Shown: in pieces, positions 25,715 to 32,495 of the stretch
Position numbering within the stretch: the stretch's first letter is position 1
How the letters are laid out: each line of letters opens with the position of its first letter
Assembly (NCBI GenBank): GCA_044233365.1
Contig: JBIIKE010000002.1
Location: 1-34,962 of the forward strand
From: Bdellovibrionales bacterium
Lineage (GTDB): Bacteria > Patescibacteriota > Patescibacteriia > UBA9570 > XYC2-FULL-38-9
Reading direction: 5' to 3'
Length of the DNA: 34,962 bases
Notes under the pieces: model-generated
Seen by the model: only the letters and a program-made list of their open reading frames with translations
Database searches by the model: none
Told to the model about the DNA's origin: nothing
Translations under genes and position numbers: made by a program

Positions 25715-26224
25715 ATGTTTTGGCTCGACATCATTTTCCTTCTCTGGCTCGCAAGCTCCGCGCTCGGTGGATTTAAAATGGGCTTTGTCTATAAGCTTGG
25801 TTCGTTTATTGGATTAGTTTTTAGTATCTATTTAGCAGTTCGTTGGACTCCAGGAGTGATTGAATATTTTGAGTGGGGCGTGTTTGCGACGATTACTGTT
25901 TTTTTGATCTTACTTTCACTGCTTTCAAAGCTATTTGGGATTGTGGCGTGGGGGATCGACAAGGTTTTTCACATTGTCTACATTATTCCATTTGTTAAAA
26001 CCTTCAACCGATTGCTTGGTGCGGCACTTGGGGTTGTCGTGACTATTGTAATTATCAGCGCTGGCATCGCTCTTACCAATGTGTTTGATTTTTATCAACC
26101 ACTCCAAAATGCACTCAGCAACTCTTTTGTCGTGCCATACATCCAGCAAGCCACAAATTTCTTATTGCCATACCTTCAAGAGCCATTCGAACAAGTAGTT
26201 ACTTTTGTAAAGAGTCGCTCATAG
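25715..26224 (+). CDS. cvpA: CvpA-family membrane protein
   Basis: It is 169 aa with four TM helices. The N-terminal FWLDIIFLLWLASSALGGFKMGF matches the CvpA pattern. Confidence 0.65.
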   Translation: MFWLDIIFLLWLASSALGGFKMGFVYKLGSFIGLVFSIYLAVRWTPGVIEYFEWGVFATITVFLILLSLLSKLFGIVAWGIDKVFHIVYIIPFVKTFNRLLGAALGVVVTIVIISAGIALTNVFDFYQPLQNALSNSFVVPYIQQATNFLLPYLQEPFEQVVTFVKSRS

Positions 26225-26227
26225 CAT

Positions 26228-27145
26228 ATGTCATCACACATTTCTCCAAATACGCCCTTGCCAGTACTTGTTGACACTCACTGTCATGTGAATTTTGAAG
26301 CGTACACCGATGACGACCGTACAGTGATTGATCGCGCGTTGAATTCTGGCGTGCGAATGATTAATGTCGGTACAAATTATAAAACCTCAAAAAAAGCTGT
26401 TCACATCGCAGAGCAGATTGGAGACGGCATGGTTGCAGCCATTGGCGTACATCCAATTCATCTTGCAAAAAATATTACAGAGACAGCAAATTTCAACGGC
26501 GAAACATACGAGTTCACAACCAAGTCTGAGCAGTTTGACAAGCGTCTCTATTTTCAACTTGCGCAATCGGACAAAGTGGTCGCAGTCGGGGAGTCGGGTT
26601 TGGATTATTTTCACTTGGATGATTTCAAAGCGCCGGACATGACTGTTAAAGAATATGTTGAGCTGCAAAAAGAAACGCTCTATGAAATTCTCGGGTTTGC
26701 TCGCGAAATTGGCAAGCCGCATATTTTCCATTGTCGTGATGCCTATGATGACTTCATTGAAATGGTACGACAGTTTAATGACAATTCAGATGGTGGGAGC
26801 GGTCCTGGAGGCGAAGTGCGCGGCACAGTGCATTGTTTCACCGGCACAGTTGCACAAGCGGAAAAGATTTTGGAACTTGGATTATATATCGGCTTTACCG
26901 GTATTGTGACATTCCCGAACGCAGAAACTTTGCGAGATGTCGCGCGGATGGTGCCGCTTGATCGGATGTTGCTCGAAACAGATGCGCCGTATCTTGCGCC
27001 ACAAGCAGTGCGTGGTCAGCGAAATGAACCAGCGCATGTTCGCTATGTTGCAGAATTTTTAGCCGAACTCAAAGGCGTGTCAATTGAAGAATTTGCCGCT
27101 CAAACAACACGGAATGCCAACGCACTCTTCGGTACACAATTTTAA
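26228..27145 (+). CDS. TatD-family metal-dependent hydrolase/DNase
   Basis: It has VDTHCHV, AVGESGLDY, IFHCRDA and ETDAPYLAP. It also carries two insertions relative to the ~260-aa canonical length. Confidence 0.88.
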   Translation: MSSHISPNTPLPVLVDTHCHVNFEAYTDDDRTVIDRALNSGVRMINVGTNYKTSKKAVHIAEQIGDGMVAAIGVHPIHLAKNITETANFNGETYEFTTKSEQFDKRLYFQLAQSDKVVAVGESGLDYFHLDDFKAPDMTVKEYVELQKETLYEILGFAREIGKPHIFHCRDAYDDFIEMVRQFNDNSDGGSGPGGEVRGTVHCFTGTVAQAEKILELGLYIGFTGIVTFPNAETLRDVARMVPLDRMLLETDAPYLAPQAVRGQRNEPAHVRYVAEFLAELKGVSIEEFAAQTTRNANALFGTQF

Positions 27146-27161
27146 TTTTACGATGACAACT

Positions 27162-27262
27162 TACGGCTGCGTCGAGTATTTTCCGGCGACGGGGCGTGTG
27201 CTCGCGGCAGGTATGCCGCTCCGCTACGCTTATTGTCGCCTAAAAATCTCGACTCCGCCGTA
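27162..27262. other. GC-rich ~100-nt extended imperfect hairpin (candidate structured RNA or unusual terminator); strand undetermined
   Basis: There are six nested helices. TACGGC 27162-27167 pairs with GCCGTA 27257-27262. GTCGAG 27171-27176 pairs with CTCGAC 27248-27253. ATTTT 27178-27182 pairs with AAAAT 27243-27247. GGCGAC 27185-27190 pairs with GTCGCC 27235-27240. GCGT 27194-27197 pairs with ACGC 27226-27229. GCGGC 27204-27208 pairs with GCCGC 27215-27219. Confidence 0.4.
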
Positions 27263-27306
27263 CGCAAACCACCAGCAATTCCCAAATACCAAAACTAAGC
27301 CGAATA

Positions 27307-27315
27307 TGGTAGAAT
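27307..27315 (+). promoter_or_regulatory. Extended -10 element (TGgTAGAAT) upstream of rmuC
   Basis: TGGTAGAAT ends 9 nt before ATG 27325, which implies a near-leaderless transcript. The -35 (TACCAA) is weak. Confidence 0.4.
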
Positions 27316-27324
27316 AGTCTTCAT

Positions 27325-28314
27325 ATGAACACACCAATCCTCATCATTCTATTGATTGCAGCAGTGGCAATTATTGCTTTGTTAATCGCGATTCTCCAAA
27401 ACCAAAAGAAACAACAACTTGCCAAACCGGAAGATTCGGCTGGTCTGCAAATGCTGAATCAAAACATGCAAGGCGTGCAGCAGCGTCTTGATAATGTGAC
27501 AAACGGTATTTCGAGCCGACTTGATACGGTTGCAACTGGAATGAACGAACGACTCGACAAAGCCGCGCATGTGATCTCACAAGTCACGCGCGAGCTTGGG
27601 AGCATGCAAGAAATTGGCCGGAACATGCAAGGCCTCCAAGAATTTCTTCGTTCACCGAAACTTCGCGGGAACATCGGCGAAAAAGTGCTTGATCAAATGC
27701 TCGAACAATATTTTCCAAAAGGGATGTATCAAATGCAATACCGGTTCCGTGACGGCCAGATTGTCGACGCAATGCTCCAAACCGACAAAGGTATCATCCC
27801 AATCGATTCAAAATTTCCGCTCGAAAATTACCAACGGCTGGCAGCTGCTGAAACGGATAACGACCGCACGCTTTACACCAACGAATTTGTCAAAGACGTG
27901 AAAAAACATGTCAATGATATTTCGAAAAAATATATTCTCCCGCAAGAGGGGACAGTCGACTTCGCGCTCATGTATGTCCCGTCCGAATCCGTCTATTACG
28001 AAATTGTTCGTAATGATGGAACTTTGCAGTCACACGCTTTTGAAAAAAAAGTCATGTTTGTTTCGCCAAATTCATTTTACTATTTTCTCCAAGTGATGCT
28101 CACCGCATTGCGTGAAAAACAAGTTGCGGAAGCCGCGCAAGAAATTATTCAGTCCGTCAAAGCCATTCAAAAAGATGTGTTAAAGTTTGGTGATGAAATG
28201 AATGTCGTTGAAAAACACGTCGTCAATGCTGCAGGAGCCATGACCCGCGCCAAAACACAGTTTGAAAAACTGTCAGATAAGATTGAGCGAGTGGATGATA
28301 TTGTGTTAGAATAA
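27325..28314 (+). CDS. rmuC: DNA recombination protein RmuC
   Basis: It has an N-terminal TM, a coiled-coil segment, then IPIDSKFPLENY, KKHVNDISKKYI and DFALMYVPSESVYYE, which are typical of RmuC. Confidence 0.85.
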   Translation: MNTPILIILLIAAVAIIALLIAILQNQKKQQLAKPEDSAGLQMLNQNMQGVQQRLDNVTNGISSRLDTVATGMNERLDKAAHVISQVTRELGSMQEIGRNMQGLQEFLRSPKLRGNIGEKVLDQMLEQYFPKGMYQMQYRFRDGQIVDAMLQTDKGIIPIDSKFPLENYQRLAAAETDNDRTLYTNEFVKDVKKHVNDISKKYILPQEGTVDFALMYVPSESVYYEIVRNDGTLQSHAFEKKVMFVSPNSFYYFLQVMLTALREKQVAEAAQEIIQSVKAIQKDVLKFGDEMNVVEKHVVNAAGAMTRAKTQFEKLSDKIERVDDIVLE

Positions 28315-28318
28315 TGAG

Positions 28319-28969
28319 ATGAAACCAACGATCCAAGAGCTCTACGACCTCACTGCATTTGCCCACGCCGCGATTTTTGATGGCGTGACCTATCCATGGG
28401 AAGTGCTGCCAAAAATCAACGATTACATCCTTGCGCACACAACTGACCAAGAAAAAAATATCCTCATCGGCAACAACGTCGTCATCGAGCCAGGAGTTCA
28501 TATTATCGGACCAGCGATTATTGGTGATAATGTGACCCTCCGTTCCGGGGCGTATATCAGAGAAAACGTTATCATCGGTGCAAATACAATCATTGGCAAC
28601 TCCTGTGAAATCAAAAATTCCATCATTATGAATGATGCGCAAGTTCCGCATTTTAATTATGTCGGTGATTCAATTCTCGGTAATCACACTCATCTGAGCG
28701 GTGGTGCGATTCTCAGCAACACTACCATGTTTGGTAAAACCGTTACCATAACAGATACCACTGGAACGCAATATGACACGAGCCTTCAAAAATGCGGCTC
28801 GATGCTTGGTGACTACGCAGAAGTTGGTTCCAATGCAGTTCTCTCTCCAGGAACGGTTATCGGAAAACGCTCCCTTATCTACCCACTGGCATTTATTCGT
28901 GATATGATTCCAGCAGATAGGATTGTGAAGATTCGCCAGCAGCAAGAGCAGGTTGAGCGAAGAAGTTGA
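28319..28969 (+). CDS. Left-handed beta-helix (hexapeptide-repeat) protein resembling the C-terminal LbH domain of sugar-1-phosphate nucleotidyltransferases/GlmU; no nucleotidyltransferase domain
   Basis: It has repeated [LIV]-G-x4 hexapeptides (IGNNVVIEPGVHIIGPAIIGDNVTLRSGAYIRENVIIGANTIIGNSCEIKNSII) and is 216 aa. Confidence 0.75.
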   Translation: MKPTIQELYDLTAFAHAAIFDGVTYPWEVLPKINDYILAHTTDQEKNILIGNNVVIEPGVHIIGPAIIGDNVTLRSGAYIRENVIIGANTIIGNSCEIKNSIIMNDAQVPHFNYVGDSILGNHTHLSGGAILSNTTMFGKTVTITDTTGTQYDTSLQKCGSMLGDYAEVGSNAVLSPGTVIGKRSLIYPLAFIRDMIPADRIVKIRQQQEQVERRS

Positions 28970-28970
28970 C

Positions 28971-28999
28971 TTGACAAAATCAAAAAAAAATGGTAAAAA
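28971..28999 (+). promoter_or_regulatory. Candidate sigma70 promoter with extended -10 and an A9 tract in the spacer
   Basis: TTGACA (28971-28976), then the 17-nt spacer aaatcAAAAAAAAAtgg, then TAAAAA (28994-28999), with TG at 28991-28992. It lies 2 nt after the LbH gene stop and about 35 nt upstream of ATG 29034. Confidence 0.5.
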
Positions 29000-29033
29000 T
29001 AATTAGAGTAACTTTTCAATAATATATAATCAT

Positions 29034-29345
29034 ATGGCAAATCAACAAACACAATACATCCCAGAAAATGTATTTGTTCAACTCGGTTTATCAAATCTTT
29101 CTCTTGAAGAACAAGAGGCTTTTTTGGAAAAAATGAATGAATTGGTTCAAAAACGATTACTCGTGAGAATTCTTGAAACTGTTCCTGAAGCTGTGCAGCA
29201 AGAAGTCGCTGCAATGCAATTCACCACTCCAGAAGAAAGCATGCAAGAACTCATCAAGCATGTGCCATATTTTGGTGATATGCTGGAAGAAGAAGTGGAA
29301 AATGTGAAAAATGAACTGCGTGCAAGCATGCAGACTGCTGCATAA
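29034..29345 (+). CDS. Hypothetical small acidic helical protein (103 aa)
   Basis: It is the first ORF after the promoter. The LGLSNLSLEEQEAFLEKMNELVQKRLLVRILE segment reminds me of small DUF-type proteins common in CPR bacteria, which I cannot verify here. Confidence 0.6.
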   Translation: MANQQTQYIPENVFVQLGLSNLSLEEQEAFLEKMNELVQKRLLVRILETVPEAVQQEVAAMQFTTPEESMQELIKHVPYFGDMLEEEVENVKNELRASMQTAA

Positions 29346-29360
29346 CCACTCCTATTCTTC

Positions 29361-29567
29361 ATGAACGCTCGTATGCCTGCTGACACCCCAACGCCTGAGA
29401 CACCACAAAATCTTGACCTCATTGAATTGGTTCGTGTCTTTGAGAATTTTCATGGAGTGATTACGCGTATGGAACGTGAACAGGCAGAGGTGTTACAAGA
29501 CTTGCGCAAACATGTCGACGAAGAAAAGATTGCAAAAATTCATCAATTACTAGAAGACAATTCATAA
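29361..29567 (+). CDS. Hypothetical small protein (68 aa, predicted coiled-coil C-half)
   Basis: It is tightly packed between neighbours, with gaps of 15 nt and 9 nt. The sequence is charged and helical (REQAEVLQDLRKHVDEEKIAKIHQLLED). Confidence 0.5.
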   Translation: MNARMPADTPTPETPQNLDLIELVRVFENFHGVITRMEREQAEVLQDLRKHVDEEKIAKIHQLLEDNS

Positions 29568-29576
29568 CTATATTCT

Positions 29577-32480
29577 ATGGCTGAAAATCCTAAAGGCACT
29601 ACTACTATTGGAGTAGAAAAACCTGAAGCTGATGTTGTGGTGGAAACCACGCTTGATAACGCGAGAACAACAACCTTTGATTCACCAAAAACAGCGGCGG
29701 AGCACTGTGGTTTGATTTTAGGTGACATTAAATCTGTTGGTGAACGTGCACGCGCGGCAATGAATACTGGGTATGCTGAAGCACAGGCTCAAAAAATTGA
29801 TTTGGCTGTCTATACAACTAAAATGCAGCGGATTTACGACGAAGCAAAGAATAATATTGATGCCATTATTGCACAATTAGCAGCCATTCAAGGTGCTATT
29901 ACCAGTCCAGAAAATACTTTGCCAGATAGTGACAAGGCGTCGATTGTACGGGTTATTGAGCGGGGCGTTGAGCAAGCTCGTCGGTCCAAAGCAGAGATTG
30001 TTGATCAGTTAGAACAACAACGAGTTCGTCGTCCATTGGCAGAAGAGGTTTTACATAATTTAGATCAAGCGCGTGAAGCGTATGGCATTGCGGCAGCTGC
30101 AGGAACGTTAGATGTTGGTGAAACAAATCCTCGAGACATAGCGCAGTCAGCACAATTTGCGACTCGCTCAGTTCGAGAAAATACGCGTCCTGTACCACTT
30201 GCTGAAGGTATTGATAATCGAGCTGTTCAATATGAAGACGCAGAATTACGCGCTCGTGCGTTAGGATTAACACAATTATTAGATGAGCGTTTGGCGAAAG
30301 TTGATGAAACCTTAGCAGCTCAGGCTGGAATGCACGGACTTGGTTTAGAAACCATGGCACAAATGCGCAAAGCGTATGCATCACTGGAGGCTTATAAATT
30401 GACTAGTAATGATTGGCGCGATCCAGCAAAATCTGGCCTCGCTGCTCGATTTTTAGGGAATGCGGATGGTCGTATGGCTGTGAAAGTTTTACTTGCTGCA
30501 GGCTCATTTGCAGCGTTCGCTTCTGGCTTTGCAGCACTTGGAACCGGAATCGCCTTGACTCGTACAGTTGCCGGTGGTGTGATGGGCTATTTTGCTGGTG
30601 AAAAAGTTGGTCGCGCTCGTGCAGAAAAACAAGCGATTGCAGCTGGTAGCGCAGAGGTTCGTGTGCCGGACAAGCTTGATTCAAAATCCGTGAGTGATGA
30701 TCAGTTAATGGATTTGATTGCTCGTATGGAATACAAAGCGTTGATTGCTGGTAAATCACTCACTCAAGCGAACGATGCTGATCCAACAGCGATGACTGTT
30801 GATCCAGACTATAAACGGTTAATTGAAGAATTGCAGAAACGGTCAGTAATGGATAAAGAAGGCGCTCGATCTTATTCAACGTCATTAGAAACAAAATTAC
30901 GTCAAGCCGATGCTCGGTTGCGTGAATTATTAAAAGATCGTGAGGCAGTCGAACGAGCCGCTTTAATTGGTGGCGTTGTTGGTGGTTCAATAGCCGCATT
31001 TTTGCCATCTGTATTGCGCGGTGGTTATGAAGGCCTGATGGATGCTATGGGATATGATGGATACAGTATGTTACATGGAGCTGCTGCGCCAATTATTGGT
31101 AATGCAAATGCGGAATATATTTCAGGAACCGGCGCGTATTCTCCAGACGCTTTGGCGGCTGCTGCTGCAGCAAACGCACCAACTCCAAGTGTGGCTCCAG
31201 CTTCTGTTCTGTCAGGGCCACCGCCTGCTCCAGTATATGCGAATACGATGGGACAAGGCTCAATGCCAAATCCTAGTCCCGGTTGGAGAAATCCTCTCAT
31301 AGCAGGAAATAGTCCTGAATTAAACACGGACGTCACCGCCCAAGCTGTTGTTGCCGCAGAAGTTCCAACGCCAGATGCTGGGTCATTTGTTCCAGATAAA
31401 ACAGAATTCGCGCAGTATATTGTTGGCAAAGGTGAAGGCGTTTCTTGGCCACTCAAAGCTCAGTTGATTGAACACGCTGATAAATATGGTTGGGATGGAA
31501 CTGGTGATAAAACAAAGTGGGCAACCAAAAAAATGTTTGAGTTGATGAAGAGTGAAGAATTTACCATTGATGGAAAATCAATGGCAATTTATAACGCTGA
31601 CATTGATAAGCAGTTATGGGTTGATGAGCCAGATCGTTACTCTTTTATTTTGAAATATGATGGCAAGGGTGGATATTCAATGGATGTCTATGATATGAAA
31701 GCGCCAGGTGGCCCAGCGCTACTCAGTGGAAATTACGATCAGGCATTATCTGAACACACTATTTCTGAGCCGCAAGGTGCAGGTGGAGGTTCTGCTGCAC
31801 AGGGCGCAGGACAGGGTCGTCCAGGTCAGTATGCTCCTGGTACACCAACTGCTCCAGAACCAGCGCCTATTGCTCCAGAACCAGGTGCTACTATTGATGA
31901 AAATGGCAAGGTTGTTTCTGGGCCAGGCAAATCAGCTGATTTAGCGCCAAACGCAAATAATAAAGTGCAATGGTATGACCAAGCTGGCTTTAAATCCGAA
32001 GGAAAATATAAAGATGCTATTTTTGGACAAATTTATGGAAAAGCTGGTGTTGCTGAAACTTGGAGCTTTGGTGCGAGTGATCCATCATCAGATATTTCAC
32101 AGAATCTAGTTGTGAATAATACACTACCACTTGATAAAGCTGGTTCCACAGGATTGAAATTTTCAGACAACTTTACATCTATCAAAGATTTCACTGGTTC
32201 AGTGCCAACTGCGACAAAAGAAGCGTTGTTTAATGATAGCCACCCACCATTCACTGGTAAATTTGGGAAACTCGCTGATGAATATGCGCAGTTACGCCAA
32301 GCCCAACATGTCTTAGACCATTCCACCTCATTAAATACAGCGGTGATTAGTCCGAGTGAAATTGCGGCAATGAAAAAAGCGATTGCTCGAGAATTAGCAG
32401 AACGTGTTCGAAAATTATTGGAATTTGAAGGTGCGTTAAATGAAGACATTCGACCAGCTCGAGTCTTTGGTAAAAATTAG
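29577..32480 (+). CDS. Large hypothetical membrane protein (967 aa) with Ala/Pro/Gly-rich linkers
   Basis: This is an uninterrupted 2.9-kb ORF. It has a helical N-terminal region of about 300 aa, a TM hairpin (VKVLLAAGSFAAFASGFAALGTGIALTRTVAGGVMGYFAG) and a third TM (ALIGGVVGGSIAAFLPSVL). Low-complexity linkers (AAAAAANAPTPSVAPASVLSGPPPAP; GAGGGSAAQGAGQGRPGQYAPGTPTAPEPAPIAPEPGA) separate two globular C-terminal regions. Confidence 0.8.
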   Translation: MAENPKGTTTIGVEKPEADVVVETTLDNARTTTFDSPKTAAEHCGLILGDIKSVGERARAAMNTGYAEAQAQKIDLAVYTTKMQRIYDEAKNNIDAIIAQLAAIQGAITSPENTLPDSDKASIVRVIERGVEQARRSKAEIVDQLEQQRVRRPLAEEVLHNLDQAREAYGIAAAAGTLDVGETNPRDIAQSAQFATRSVRENTRPVPLAEGIDNRAVQYEDAELRARALGLTQLLDERLAKVDETLAAQAGMHGLGLETMAQMRKAYASLEAYKLTSNDWRDPAKSGLAARFLGNADGRMAVKVLLAAGSFAAFASGFAALGTGIALTRTVAGGVMGYFAGEKVGRARAEKQAIAAGSAEVRVPDKLDSKSVSDDQLMDLIARMEYKALIAGKSLTQANDADPTAMTVDPDYKRLIEELQKRSVMDKEGARSYSTSLETKLRQADARLRELLKDREAVERAALIGGVVGGSIAAFLPSVLRGGYEGLMDAMGYDGYSMLHGAAAPIIGNANAEYISGTGAYSPDALAAAAAANAPTPSVAPASVLSGPPPAPVYANTMGQGSMPNPSPGWRNPLIAGNSPELNTDVTAQAVVAAEVPTPDAGSFVPDKTEFAQYIVGKGEGVSWPLKAQLIEHADKYGWDGTGDKTKWATKKMFELMKSEEFTIDGKSMAIYNADIDKQLWVDEPDRYSFILKYDGKGGYSMDVYDMKAPGGPALLSGNYDQALSEHTISEPQGAGGGSAAQGAGQGRPGQYAPGTPTAPEPAPIAPEPGATIDENGKVVSGPGKSADLAPNANNKVQWYDQAGFKSEGKYKDAIFGQIYGKAGVAETWSFGASDPSSDISQNLVVNNTLPLDKAGSTGLKFSDNFTSIKDFTGSVPTATKEALFNDSHPPFTGKFGKLADEYAQLRQAQHVLDHSTSLNTAVISPSEIAAMKKAIARELAERVRKLLEFEGALNEDIRPARVFGKN

Positions 32481-32495
32481 TGAGGGCGTATTGCC

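Noticed and set aside
27185-27240. A tRNA-like acceptor pairing GGCGAC/GTCGCC.
   Set aside because: The enclosed segment is only 44 nt, with no D-arm or T-arm and no anticodon stem geometry.
27153-27317. A 54-codon ORF (MTTYGCVEYFPATGRV...) inside the tatD-rmuC spacer.
   Set aside because: It has no Shine-Dalgarno sequence, it runs through the rmuC promoter, and its sequence is dictated by the two arms of the long hairpin. Structure explains the region better than coding.
29025-29030. A perfect TATAAT box just upstream of the 103-aa ORF.
   Set aside because: It ends only 3 nt before ATG 29034, so transcription would start inside the coding sequence. The upstream TTGACA-N17-TGgTAAAAA promoter is a better fit.
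31851-31884. A 13-nt direct repeat GCTCCAGAACCAG with 21-nt period.
   Set aside because: It lies inside the Pro/Ala linker of the 967-aa protein (APEPAPIAPEPGA). This is coding low-complexity duplication, not a repeat element or CRISPR-like array.
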